64,000 bases of DNA from NCBI GenBank assembly GCA_035526025.1, contig DATLDE010000011.1, forward strand, positions 121,056 to 185,055, written 5' to 3'. Origin of the DNA: Candidatus Limnocylindrales bacterium. Its GTDB lineage: Bacteria; Patescibacteriota; Microgenomatia; Levybacterales; UBA12049. How positions within the stretch are numbered: the first letter of the stretch is position 1; each line of letters starts with the position of its first letter. The notes under the pieces were generated by a model. That model saw only the letters and a program-made list of their open reading frames with translations, did not search any database and was not told the DNA's origin. Of this stretch, positions 40,909 to 50,376 are shown one piece after another. The position numbers and the translations under genes were made by a program.

Positions 40909-41874
40909 TTAAAGAGTTGTTCTAAATTTATTTTGAGTTTTGAACCTATCAATAGCTAACTGAATAAGCCTATCTATTAATTCAGGGTATGCTATTCCAC
41001 TTTTCTCCCAAAGCTTTGGGTACATAGAAATATTGGTAAAACCCGGAATAGTATTGGGTTCATTAATCAGTATCTTACCTGATTTCGTTAGAAAAAAGTC
41101 AATTCTGGACATACCCTCAAGACATAAAACCTTAAACGCTTTTATTGCTAATGCTTGAATTTCTTTAATCTTGGCATCTGAAATCCCTGCGGGAATTTTA
41201 AGCTTTGCACCTTCCGCGTCAATATACTTCGCTTCATAGTCATAGAATTCATGAGTTGGGATTATTTCTCCGGGAATTGAAGCTATTGGATTTTCATTAC
41301 CTAAAACTGCGCATTCTATTTCTTGACCTTCGGTATATTCTTCAATAATTATTTTTGCATCATATGAAAAAGCCGATTTTACGGCCTGATCAAAATCAGC
41401 TTCGTTCTTTACCTTTGAAACTCCTATTGAAGAACCCAAATTTGCTGGTTTTACAAAAAATGGAACTCCAAGTTCTTTTTTTACATCATCAAAATGTATC
41501 TCATCCTTCCTTTCAAAAACAAGAAATTTTCCGATAGGCAATCCAGCATCGCGCAACAGTCTCTTTGTCACGTCTTTATCCATTCCAATGGCAGACCCCA
41601 AAACTCCTGATCCGACAAAAGGAAGATTTGCTAATTTTAAAAATCCTTGTATGCTTCCATCTTCGCCATATGGCCCATGCATCACAGGAAAAACTAGGTC
41701 AATATTGTTGAGGGTAAAATTTATTTTTCCATCTTTATCAATTTTAATTGGAGTAACTTCATACTTATTCTTATCGAGCGCATTTATTACATTCTTCGCG
41801 GATTTCAGAGACACATCATGCTCTGCTGATTTCCCTCCATAAAGAACCGCGATTCTCAGCTTTTTGCTTTTCAT
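40909..41874 (-). CDS. ddl: D-alanine-D-alanine ligase
   Basis: GGKSAEHDVS, HGPYGEDG, GSSIG, YDYEAKY, NEPNTIPGFT. Confidence 0.96.
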   Translation of the reverse strand: MKSKKLRIAVLYGGKSAEHDVSLKSAKNVINALDKNKYEVTPIKIDKDGKINFTLNNIDLVFPVMHGPYGEDGSIQGFLKLANLPFVGSGVLGSAIGMDKDVTKRLLRDAGLPIGKFLVFERKDEIHFDDVKKELGVPFFVKPANLGSSIGVSKVKNEADFDQAVKSAFSYDAKIIIEEYTEGQEIECAVLGNENPIASIPGEIIPTHEFYDYEAKYIDAEGAKLKIPAGISDAKIKEIQALAIKAFKVLCLEGMSRIDFFLTKSGKILINEPNTIPGFTNISMYPKLWEKSGIAYPELIDRLIQLAIDRFKTQNKFRTTL

Positions 41875-41905
41875 ATGGAGATAATACCTCTTTTTTTCAT
41901 GATAA

Positions 41906-43186
41906 TCAATCTTTAGCAATCAACCCAATTCGCTTTCTTTTCTCATCCCAAGCCTTTCCTCTCCGAGGAAGTTTCGCAATATCTTCTTTATTTTTCAAAA
42001 AATTTACTATCAATCCTTCAAGAAAAAAAGACTGTGCTCCCTTAAATAAAACTGTTTCTCCACCAGCAAGAGAATTTGTTAGAAAAGATAGTGCGTCTTT
42101 TGTATCTTGAAATGATGCAGCAATTTTGTTATTTATCAAATTGCTTAAAATGTATTTAGCGCTCAACGGTCCAATTAAAATTATTCTATCAAATTCCAAT
42201 TTATTGAGAACATTTGCCACTTTCTTATGCTCTATTACGATATCCTCTTCACTTAACTCCAACATATCACTTATTACAACCCATTTTTTAATCGCAGATA
42301 ATCTTCCGAACATAAAAAGCATTGACTCCACAGAAAGATTAGCATTATATGAGCTATCAACTATTGTAATATCTTTTATTCCTTCAAATATTGACCCCCT
42401 ACCAGGAGGCATCCGGAACTTTGAGAATGTATGATCAAATGAGATACTCAATATGTCGCACGCTTTTCTAACCATCTCAATTGAATAAAAAACTTCTTCA
42501 GGAAGTAAGAATTTGAATCTATACGCTTTGCCCCCTATTTGAAAATGGGTACCGTCTTTACCTACATCATATTTTTCTAAATTATTTTCTTTTTTAATTG
42601 ATATTAATTTTGCTTTTGCTCTATTCACCTGATTTTTCATTAACTCTGAGTCTCCATTGAGTATTACCAGATCTTTTGCGTACTCAACAAAGTATCCAAA
42701 TTCATATGCAATTGCTTCCTCAACATTAGAAAACTTTTTATTCATGACGAGCTTTTCAAAATTCATACTGTGCGTTTTGGAGATGCTTATCCATAACACA
42801 ATTTCAGGACGTAGTAATTCTGAGAGAAATCTTCCTTCTCCAGGCCTATCACAATCCGCTTCAACCACGTAGAGTCTTTCTTTTGGGACTTTTTTAAATG
42901 CAGAGAAAGGAGTTTTTAAAATCAAACTAATCCATTCAGATTTTAATAAACTTTTTCGATGTAAATCTAGGATATCAAATGGGATTCCAAAGCTGCTATT
43001 GGCATGATGGGAGTATTTTGCTCTACTTCCAATTTGCGCTTCAAGCATATGAAGAAGTGTAGTCTTGCCATTGGATCCTGTTACAACAATAATTTTCGGA
43101 TTCCACCGATTCAAACGAATCGCAGCAAAAAAACGGAAATATGAAGCTATGGGAAAATATAGCGCTTTTTTGAATTGTGTAAACAT
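41906..43186 (-). CDS. murF: Mur ligase, MurF-like
   Basis: VTGSNGKTT, PGRG, DSSYNAN, DMLEL, LFKGAQ; upstream of ddl-alr. Confidence 0.82.
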   Translation of the reverse strand: MFTQFKKALYFPIASYFRFFAAIRLNRWNPKIIVVTGSNGKTTLLHMLEAQIGSRAKYSHHANSSFGIPFDILDLHRKSLLKSEWISLILKTPFSAFKKVPKERLYVVEADCDRPGEGRFLSELLRPEIVLWISISKTHSMNFEKLVMNKKFSNVEEAIAYEFGYFVEYAKDLVILNGDSELMKNQVNRAKAKLISIKKENNLEKYDVGKDGTHFQIGGKAYRFKFLLPEEVFYSIEMVRKACDILSISFDHTFSKFRMPPGRGSIFEGIKDITIVDSSYNANLSVESMLFMFGRLSAIKKWVVISDMLELSEEDIVIEHKKVANVLNKLEFDRIILIGPLSAKYILSNLINNKIAASFQDTKDALSFLTNSLAGGETVLFKGAQSFFLEGLIVNFLKNKEDIAKLPRRGKAWDEKRKRIGLIAKD

Positions 43187-43234
43187 TCATCTCTTATTTT
43201 AACAGAATTGACACCACATGGTATAATTGGCTAT

Positions 43235-43477
43235 ATGGTAACTGAAAAAGAGAAGCGTAATCAACAAAGACAGGAAGCAGGACTCCGCTATATTGCTGCT
43301 TTAGAGCGGCTTGAGGCAGATCCAAAATCAATTGACGCAGCAAAAAAAGTTCTTTTAGGTCCTACGCATGAAGAGCGCCAAGCGCAAATTAGCGCAAACC
43401 AACTTGAGCCCAGGAAAACTTTAATGCAGTGGGTCATAGGCCGAAGAATTGCGCGAAGCAGAAGGCAAAAAAGTTAA
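43235..43477 (+). CDS. Small hypothetical protein
   Basis: ORF MVTEKEKR..., preceded by extended -10 TGGTATAAT. Confidence 0.55.
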   Translation: MVTEKEKRNQQRQEAGLRYIAALERLEADPKSIDAAKKVLLGPTHEERQAQISANQLEPRKTLMQWVIGRRIARSRRQKS

Positions 43478-43490
43478 TTCAGCTCTGAAC

Positions 43491-44813
43491 CTACTCTTCC
43501 CTCTTCTTCTCAACGCTTGAGAATTTGATTCTGTTCCCCTGGAAAAGTAGATCTATTTCCCCTGTAGGACCATTTCGATGTTTGGCTATAAGAAGCTTTG
43601 TCGGTATATGAGTGCCTGACGCTTCTGCATCCGGTCTATAAAGAAACATCACAACGTCAGCATCCTGCTCAATGGCTCCAGACTCACGAAGATCGGCTAG
43701 TTGAGGCTTCTTCTCCCCTCCCCGATGCTCCACAGCTCTATTAAGCTGTGACGCTGCAAGAACTGGGACATTTAACTCACGAGCAAGATTTTTAAGCGCT
43801 TGTGATACCATAGAAACCTCCTGCACCCGACTGTCATACTTTCTACCCGGATCAACCAACTGAAGATAATCAATAACCAATAGCGATATATTATGCTCCA
43901 TCTGAAGTCGTCTTGCTTTACTTCGCATTTCTGTCAATGAAAGTCCAGGCGTATCATCGATAAATACCGGAGCTTCAGCGAGTTCACCCATGGCTTGTGA
44001 TAATTTGGAAAAGTCATCTTCTGAAAGCCTTCCTGTCTTTAACTTCCATGCGTCAACATCTGATTGGGCAATTAACAAACGGTCAACCAGCTCTTCCTTA
44101 CTCATTTCGAGCGAGAATATTCCAATGGGAAGCTTTTGTTTGACCGCGATATTCTGTGCGATATTAAGCATAATTGCTGTCTTCCCTTGTCCTGGTCTTG
44201 CCGCGAGAATAAGCAGATTGGTTTTTTGCATACCCGATAGGATATTATCAAGATCAGTAAAACCACTCTTTATTCCACGAAGTCCTGATCCTGTTTTTTG
44301 CAACTCATCAATTCTGTCAAAACTATCAGTAAGCGTATCTTTCAAAGCTACAAAACCTCTTGTAATATGTCCTTGTGAGATTGAAAAAATTGCAGCTTCA
44401 GATTTATCCAAAATTTCCTTTACTTCTGTTGAATCGTTATACCCGAGCTCTGCTATTTCTGTCCCCGCCTTAATAAGTCCCCTCTTAGTTGCATCTTCTT
44501 TGGTAATTTTGGCGTATGTGGTTACATTGGCGGCTGTTGGAACAAGCTCCACCAATTCCGCCAAATAAGATGTGTCTACCTTTTTGAGCTGTTTGTTTTT
44601 TTTGAGCTGCTCAGTCAGAGTCAATAAATCAATTGGCTTCCGCTCTTCATAAAGAACCAGCATTGCTCCATAAATAATCCCATTTAAATCGCTATAAAAA
44701 TCAGTTGTCTTAAGGATTTCAGAAACACCTATAATTGCGTCCTTATCAATTAGAATTGATCCAAGTACGCTTTTTTCGGCGTTGTCATTATGAGGAAGAG
44801 TTTTTACAGCCAT
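43491..44813 (-). CDS. dnaB: Replicative DNA helicase
   Basis: AARPGQGKT, FSLEM, IDYLQL, LRESGAIEQDAD, KHRNGPTG. Confidence 0.98.
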   Translation of the reverse strand: MAVKTLPHNDNAEKSVLGSILIDKDAIIGVSEILKTTDFYSDLNGIIYGAMLVLYEERKPIDLLTLTEQLKKNKQLKKVDTSYLAELVELVPTAANVTTYAKITKEDATKRGLIKAGTEIAELGYNDSTEVKEILDKSEAAIFSISQGHITRGFVALKDTLTDSFDRIDELQKTGSGLRGIKSGFTDLDNILSGMQKTNLLILAARPGQGKTAIMLNIAQNIAVKQKLPIGIFSLEMSKEELVDRLLIAQSDVDAWKLKTGRLSEDDFSKLSQAMGELAEAPVFIDDTPGLSLTEMRSKARRLQMEHNISLLVIDYLQLVDPGRKYDSRVQEVSMVSQALKNLARELNVPVLAASQLNRAVEHRGGEKKPQLADLRESGAIEQDADVVMFLYRPDAEASGTHIPTKLLIAKHRNGPTGEIDLLFQGNRIKFSSVEKKREE

Positions 44814-44829
44814 TTTTGTAGTTTTTAGA

Positions 44830-45339
44830 TTATTCGAGAATTATTGTTTCAACTTCTGCGGGCAATTTATCGATAGTTGATGCGTATTTAGATAGATGCT
44901 TTACATTTTCCTGACCAAATGTTTTGCCCATTTCTGAGGCATTTTCTCCATAAAAAATTACAACGTTTGTGACTAAAGAAGTTAAAGATGAGGCCTCAGA
45001 TACCTCTTCACATTTTACAACCAATATATTTGCCTCTTTAAGTTTTTGGTGAGCCTTTTCCAATACCGCTGACTTTCCAATTAATATGCTCACTGAATCC
45101 ACGCTGAGGCTGTAAAGCATTTCATCCTCAAATCTTTGTCCGGTTATTTTTATCCCACCAGTTTCAAACTCTCCAGGACCGTCTATCACCACTTCAACAT
45201 TGTTGGTATTTGCTTCCTTACTATTTCCAGAAAAAATCAGCGCTGCATTTGCCTCTGTTTTGTCTTTTGGATCTACTAAGATCGTGGCATTTTTGCCTTT
45301 TATTTTTAAGGAATTATTTGGAAGGAGTGCTATTTCCAT
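44830..45339 (-). CDS. Degenerate metallo-beta-lactamase-fold protein
   Basis: I.VDP and GPGEFE.GG motifs of the Lactamase_B_3-like family; no HxH metal motif. Confidence 0.6.
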   Translation of the reverse strand: MEIALLPNNSLKIKGKNATILVDPKDKTEANAALIFSGNSKEANTNNVEVVIDGPGEFETGGIKITGQRFEDEMLYSLSVDSVSILIGKSAVLEKAHQKLKEANILVVKCEEVSEASSLTSLVTNVVIFYGENASEMGKTFGQENVKHLSKYASTIDKLPAEVETIILE

Positions 45340-45369
45340 GTAAATAATACTAACATAGACAAGCTATTA

Positions 45370-45398
45370 TTGACAATAGATAGTTTATGTCGTATCAT
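45370..45398 (+). promoter_or_regulatory. Sigma70 promoter containing TTATGTCGTA
   Basis: TTGACA-17 bp-TATCAT; dif-arm decamer at 45385-45394. Confidence 0.65.
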
Positions 45399-45408
45399 CA
45401 GATTCCTT

Positions 45409-45843
45409 ATGAAAGCTGAAAAAGTAGTACTTTCTTTTGTCGCGGTTCTAGTAGGACTGATTGCAGCAGGCGCTGCTTTCTATCTTTACCAGGCAACTAG
45501 AACAATACCTGTTACCAAAACAAAAACAATCACAATCGTTCCAAGCCCAACGCTTGCTCCTTTATCTGATAATGCGCATTTATTAACGATCGACAATCCA
45601 AAAGAAGAAGCTGTTTATGATAAAAAACTCATTACAGTTTCCGGAAAAACAGTAAGCGGTGCAACGATTGTAGCTTCAACTGAAGACAATGATGAAGTGA
45701 TAAAGCCTGCTGCAAACGGAACATTCACTTTCACGCAGACAATTCCTGATGGAACTAGTATAATTCAAATTACAGCCATTTTCCCAGATGGCACGCAAAA
45801 AAAAGTTACGAGAACTATCACGTTTTCAACTGAAAGTTTCTAG
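45409..45843 (+). CDS. Membrane-anchored Ig-like domain protein
   Basis: N-terminal TM, P/T linker, beta-rich domain (ITVSGKT, NGTF, IQITA). Confidence 0.75.
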   Translation: MKAEKVVLSFVAVLVGLIAAGAAFYLYQATRTIPVTKTKTITIVPSPTLAPLSDNAHLLTIDNPKEEAVYDKKLITVSGKTVSGATIVASTEDNDEVIKPAANGTFTFTQTIPDGTSIIQITAIFPDGTQKKVTRTITFSTESF

Positions 45844-45857
45844 AAAAAATTAATAAA

Positions 45858-46733
45858 ATGAATAATCAAAAATACAACACAAAAATCAAAAAGACTTTAT
45901 ATTTATTATTTATATTTAACATTTTCTCTTTAATTTTTAATATTTCTGTGGCTACAGCTCAAACTTTAACACCGAAACCCTCAGTAATATCACCTACAGT
46001 CAGCGAGAAATTGAATGAGAAATTAAATACACAAATTAACAAATTGAAAGACAAAATCGCATCGCGTGTTAGTGAACTAAATCTGGTTGAGAAAAGAGGC
46101 ACAACTGGCGTGGTTACAGAAGTGTCAACTAATAAAATTACCCTCCTTGACATTCAGGGCAATACAAAACTAATTGATATAGATGAAATTACTAAATTCT
46201 CATCAAGTTTCGCAAAAGGCACTTTCGGATTGTCAGATATCACCAAGGGTACCAAAATTAATGTGCTTGGACTTTACAACAAACAATCCAAGCGGATTCT
46301 TGCACGATTTATAAGAACAGCCATTAACCCGGAGTTCTTATCCGGGACAATTTCTGATATTGATCAGAAGAATTTTACAATTAGCGTAGCAACTGAAGGC
46401 AAAAAAACTCAAAAAGTAGATATAGGTACCACAACTAAAATATCCTCATATTCAAGTGATGGCACTACAGCAAAAATTACATTTGCCAAATTGAGTTCTG
46501 GAGAAAGAGTCCTGGTCTTAGGTTTTCCAGACCAAACAGATAACACTCTTTTAGTAGCTTCAAGAGTTGCGGTTCTACCCGAATTGCCAAAAGATCCGAG
46601 GATAGAGATAACAATCACTCAACCAACGCCAACTGCATCTCCAACTGCTACGCTTCGCCGCACGGCACCTGTCGCCCCTGTCGTAACTTCAAGCGTTAGA
46701 AGACTAACTCCAACCATATCCCCTTCTAGATGA
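45858..46733 (+). CDS. Secreted protein with repeated OB-like (DUF5666-like) domains and P/T-rich tail
   Basis: Signal-like N-terminus; two G.I..I...T.I....L..G..V.V.G units. Confidence 0.7.
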   Translation: MNNQKYNTKIKKTLYLLFIFNIFSLIFNISVATAQTLTPKPSVISPTVSEKLNEKLNTQINKLKDKIASRVSELNLVEKRGTTGVVTEVSTNKITLLDIQGNTKLIDIDEITKFSSSFAKGTFGLSDITKGTKINVLGLYNKQSKRILARFIRTAINPEFLSGTISDIDQKNFTISVATEGKKTQKVDIGTTTKISSYSSDGTTAKITFAKLSSGERVLVLGFPDQTDNTLLVASRVAVLPELPKDPRIEITITQPTPTASPTATLRRTAPVAPVVTSSVRRLTPTISPSR

Positions 46734-47827
46734 ACACACGCATCACAAAACTCAGGACACTGATGGTGAATGAAAAAATAGATGGAGTTTTTGTATCCTG
46801 CATACCAAATATAACTTACCTTACAAATTTTTCAGGCTTCAGCACTGAAGACCGTGATGCATTTCTCTTAATCACCAAATCAAATCAATACATTTTCACT
46901 CACGGAATCTATAAGGAAGTTGTTAAAAAACAACTAAGCGGTTTTGAATTAATTGAGATGACTCGGGAGAACCCTACAGGTAAAGCAATAGCGCAATTAA
47001 TTAAAAACCATTCTATTAACAAGCTTAGCTATGAAGCTACTAATCTGTCCGTCTGGGAGTATGAAAGATTATTTAAATCAATTAGTAAAAAACATTTAAC
47101 CCAAGTCAATCTAGTCGAGAAACTAAGAACAATTAAGGATACTGATGAGATTTATGCTATTAAGGCGAGTTGTTTATTAGGAGATAAAACATATTCATAC
47201 GTTCTAACTAGACTTAGGTCAGGCATGACTGAGAAAGATTTAGTATTTGAAATTGAATATTTTATTAAAAAAAATAGCGGTGATATCTCTTTTCCTTCAA
47301 TTGTTGCATTTGGAGAAAATGCAGCATTTATTCACCATCAATCAGGCGATAGAAAACTTAAAAAAAATGACTGTGTCTTATTGGACTTTGGTGTAAGACT
47401 AAATAACTACTGCTCTGACATGTCACGGACATTTTTTTATGGTAAAGCAAATAAAGAAAAAACAAAAGCATATCTAACCGTACTTGAATCTCAAAAAAAA
47501 GCAATTATGTATATTGAGGAAAAACTGGAGAAGAAAGAAGATGTTAAGGGTAACATCGCCGATAAAATTTCACGTGATTATATAACGCAGGAAGGATTTG
47601 TCGCCTTCCCCTATTCATTGGGGCATGGGATCGGGCTTGAAGTGCATGAATCTCCTCGCCTGAGCCCGTCATATGATGAAATTCTTGAGAATGGTATGGT
47701 ATTTTCAATAGAACCAGGAATTTACTTGCAGGATAAAATGGGTGTGCGCATTGAGGATCTTTTTGCAATTGAGAATAATAAATTAATTCCCCTTACCCTA
47801 TCCCCCAAAACCTTGACTGAACTTTGA
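46730..47827 (+). CDS. Xaa-Pro aminopeptidase (M24B)
   Basis: DFG....YCSD..RT, GHGIGLEVHE, EPGIY, GVRIED. Confidence 0.95.
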   Translation: MNTRITKLRTLMVNEKIDGVFVSCIPNITYLTNFSGFSTEDRDAFLLITKSNQYIFTHGIYKEVVKKQLSGFELIEMTRENPTGKAIAQLIKNHSINKLSYEATNLSVWEYERLFKSISKKHLTQVNLVEKLRTIKDTDEIYAIKASCLLGDKTYSYVLTRLRSGMTEKDLVFEIEYFIKKNSGDISFPSIVAFGENAAFIHHQSGDRKLKKNDCVLLDFGVRLNNYCSDMSRTFFYGKANKEKTKAYLTVLESQKKAIMYIEEKLEKKEDVKGNIADKISRDYITQEGFVAFPYSLGHGIGLEVHESPRLSPSYDEILENGMVFSIEPGIYLQDKMGVRIEDLFAIENNKLIPLTLSPKTLTEL

Positions 47828-47871
47828 CACATTACCTTGCTCATAACGTAAACTTGGGCTATAGTTAACAT

Positions 47872-48192
47872 ATGCTTGATGAAAATCTGATGACGCAAGT
47901 AGAAGAAGATTTGCTAGCTGAAATTGTCAAAAACCTCGAACTCAACAAGATAACTGATGAGCAGGCTCAAAAACAAGCAAAAGAATTTCTTACACTTTTG
48001 CCAATTGAAGACAAAAGAGATTTACTTAATAAGTTATATAAATTTAGCCGTGCCAATAATGAAGCTATGGAGATTTATGTGAAGTATGCGAAGCCTATTG
48101 AGGAAGAAGAAAAGCAAAAAAAATTAACACTTATGAGCCAACACATAAAGGACGGTAAAATTGATAAAGCCTTAGCTGTAGTTAAAAATTAA
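47872..48192 (+). CDS. Hypothetical helical protein
   Basis: 106-aa ORF with upstream TTGACA promoter-like sequence. Confidence 0.7.
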   Translation: MLDENLMTQVEEDLLAEIVKNLELNKITDEQAQKQAKEFLTLLPIEDKRDLLNKLYKFSRANNEAMEIYVKYAKPIEEEEKQKKLTLMSQHIKDGKIDKALAVVKN

Positions 48193-48345
48193 AGATTATA
48201 GATTTAGATTCATAACCTACCACAAGTAATCTTAATCACCATCATGTACTAACTGCAATTACTACGACTAGTATTACAAAACTATTAGGGGGGTATTAGT
48301 TGTTTGAACCATAAAAATTTTACATCCAACTCATAATTCTCGCAG

Positions 48346-48399
48346 TTGACTTTAGTTAAGTAAAGTGATACAATAATTTTACTTTAGTTAAATAAAACA
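48346..48399 (+). promoter_or_regulatory. his operon promoter with two HisR-type palindromic operators
   Basis: TTGACT-17 bp-TACAAT with TGn extension; GACTTTAGTTAAGTAAAGTG (48348-67) and TACTTTAGTTAAATAAAACA (48380-99). Confidence 0.82.
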
Positions 48400-48719
48400 T
48401 GAAATTAGACATAAATACAAAAAAACTATACGAGGCAGTTCTATCTCTCAAGAGCGAGAATGAATGCCAGAAGTTCTTTAGAGACTTACTGACTGAGCCA
48501 GAAATTAAAGAATTTGCGAACCGCTGGAAGGCAGCGCAAATGCTTGATAAGAAAATAAAATATGATGTTATTGAAAAAGAAACCGGCATGAGTTCAACTA
48601 CCATTGCCAGAATAAGCAAATGGCTAAATAGTGGTTCGGGAGGATACAAATTTATGTTAAAAAGAATTAAAAACAAATCAAAAAAAAATCATCATTGCAC
48701 TCGCCTTGTGGCTGTGTGA
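48399..48719 (+). CDS. TrpR-like YerC/YecD (HisR) repressor
   Basis: EC.KFFRDLLT..E, RW.AA.ML, Y..I..ETGMSSTTIARIS, G.GGY. Confidence 0.93.
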   Translation: MKLDINTKKLYEAVLSLKSENECQKFFRDLLTEPEIKEFANRWKAAQMLDKKIKYDVIEKETGMSSTTIARISKWLNSGSGGYKFMLKRIKNKSKKNHHCTRLVAV

Positions 48720-48752
48720 TTGTTTTGGTGTAATAAAATACAAAGATAGTCA

Positions 48753-48776
48753 GACCGCCGAAAGGTGGTTTTTTTT
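48753..48776 (+). terminator. Intrinsic terminator (attenuator) upstream of hisG
   Basis: ACCGCC-GAAA-GGTGGT followed by a T-run, inside the operon. Confidence 0.85.
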
Positions 48777-48789
48777 ATGAGGTAAATAT

Positions 48790-49665
48790 ATGGCAAATTT
48801 AAATAATAAATACATAAAACTAGCTGTCCAAAAAAAGGGTCGTTTGACTGAGGAAGCACTGGAGTTTTTGCGCAAATCAGGTCTTAACTTTGAAAGCTAT
48901 AATCAAAGGCTCTTTACAACATGCCGGAATTTTCCTTTGGAAATTCTCTATGTCAGAGATAGTGACATTCCAAAATATGTTGCATCGGGCACAGTTGATT
49001 TTGGAATCATAGGACAAAATAGACTTAATGAAGACAAACCAAAAGTTAAAAAGCTTCTAAATTTGAGATTTGGATATTGTTCGCTGATTGTTGCAGTACC
49101 AAATGACTCTGTGATTAAAGATATTAAAGATTTAAAAAATAAAACAATCGCTACATCATATCCAAATTCAACATTAAAATATTTTAAAGAAAGTAAAATA
49201 AATATTAATACAGTGAGCATTAGCGGATCAGTAGAAATTACACCTGCATTAGGAATATGTAACGCAATTGTAGATTTGGTATCAACGGGAAGTACTCTTG
49301 CACTAAATGATCTTAGAGTCCTGACAAAAATCTTTGATTCAGAAGCAGTATTGATTGCCAACGAGCAGACTATGCAAAATGGTAAAAAGGATCTAATTGA
49401 AAAACTAATTACTCGCTTCAAAGGCGTTTTATCTGCAAAGGACTATAAATATGTAATGATGAACGCACCTGAAACCTCGCTTAAACAAATAAACAAAATA
49501 GTACCGGGGCTAAAGTCCCCTACTATTTCATCATTGACAAAAAAAGGGTGGTTATCAATCCAGACTGTGATCAGAGAAGATATTTTCTGGGAAACAATAG
49601 AAAAATTAGAAAAAGCCGGAGCATCAGAAATAATTGTCTTACCAATTGAGAAAATGATTATTTAA
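48790..49665 (+). CDS. hisG: ATP phosphoribosyltransferase, long form
   Basis: QKKGRL, RDSDIP, ATSYP, GSVE, DLVSTGSTL, PG.KSPT regulatory domain. Confidence 0.97.
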   Translation: MANLNNKYIKLAVQKKGRLTEEALEFLRKSGLNFESYNQRLFTTCRNFPLEILYVRDSDIPKYVASGTVDFGIIGQNRLNEDKPKVKKLLNLRFGYCSLIVAVPNDSVIKDIKDLKNKTIATSYPNSTLKYFKESKININTVSISGSVEITPALGICNAIVDLVSTGSTLALNDLRVLTKIFDSEAVLIANEQTMQNGKKDLIEKLITRFKGVLSAKDYKYVMMNAPETSLKQINKIVPGLKSPTISSLTKKGWLSIQTVIREDIFWETIEKLEKAGASEIIVLPIEKMII

Positions 49666-49674
49666 GGAGAAGTT

Positions 49675-49774
49675 ATGAAAGTTATAAAACTAAAAAACTT
49701 ATCAAGTAAAGATTATGAAAGGATTGTTAAGCGTTCCGCTGGATCAAATTCCTTCAACGAAAGGAGAGCTATGA
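49675..49774 (+). pseudogene. hisD'/'hisB deletion scar
   Basis: MKVIKLKNLSSKDYERIVKRSA at the hisD position; alternative frame reads IPSTKGEL* (49748-49774), the HisB C-terminus. Confidence 0.8.
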
Positions 49775-50376
49775 TAACTGTTATTGATTATGGCTTGGGT
49801 AATCTTGCGAGTGTCACTAATGCATTGAAAAAGCATGAAATTCCCTATGAGGTTTCGAGTGATATTGAAGTGCTTAAAAAAGCTAAAGCTCTCATATTGC
49901 CTGGTGTTGGTTCAGCCAATCAGGGAATGGAAAATATCAAAGCAAAAGGCATAGATCAAGTTGTAATTGAGCAAGCTAAAAAAGGTATACCCATTTTGGG
50001 AATTTGTCTGGGAATGCAATTACTTTTATCAAAAAGTGAGGAAGGAAATGTTGAGTGCTTGAATTTAATTAAAGGGAAAGTTGTACAATTTAAAACAAAA
50101 CTAAAAGTCCCTCAAATTGGATGGAATAATGTAAAAATCAAGAATAAAGAATCAAGAATTATGAATAATATTTCAAACAATAGTTACTTTTACTTTGTGA
50201 ATAGTTTTTACTGTTCCCCTACCGATAGATCTACTGTTGTAGGAGCAACTGATTACGCTGGTGAATTTTGTAGCATGTTGGAAAAGGACAATATATTCGG
50301 CGTACAATTTCACCCGGAAAAAAGCGGAGATATAGGATTACAAATATTAAGAAATTTTTGGGAGGCAATATGTTAA
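49771..50376 (+). CDS. hisH: Imidazole glycerol phosphate synthase, glutaminase subunit
   Basis: VIDYGLGNL.SV, LPGVG, GICLGMQ, VPQIGWN, QFHPEKS; own SD AAGGAG. Confidence 0.96.
   Translation: MITVIDYGLGNLASVTNALKKHEIPYEVSSDIEVLKKAKALILPGVGSANQGMENIKAKGIDQVVIEQAKKGIPILGICLGMQLLLSKSEEGNVECLNLIKGKVVQFKTKLKVPQIGWNNVKIKNKESRIMNNISNNSYFYFVNSFYCSPTDRSTVVGATDYAGEFCSMLEKDNIFGVQFHPEKSGDIGLQILRNFWEAIC

Noticed and set aside
39772-43186. van-type glycopeptide resistance cluster
   Set aside because: The ligase has a YDYEAKY loop typical of D-Ala-D-Ala ligases, and there is no vanH, vanX or vanRS.
43990-44568. Long antisense ORFs (also 2599-2961, 15088-15531, 48948-49421 and others)
   Set aside because: They shadow well-supported genes on the opposite strand and have no motifs.
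49675-50376. HisH with a genuine novel N-terminal domain
   Set aside because: The extension is explained by the deletion scar; hisH has its own SD and ATG at 49771.
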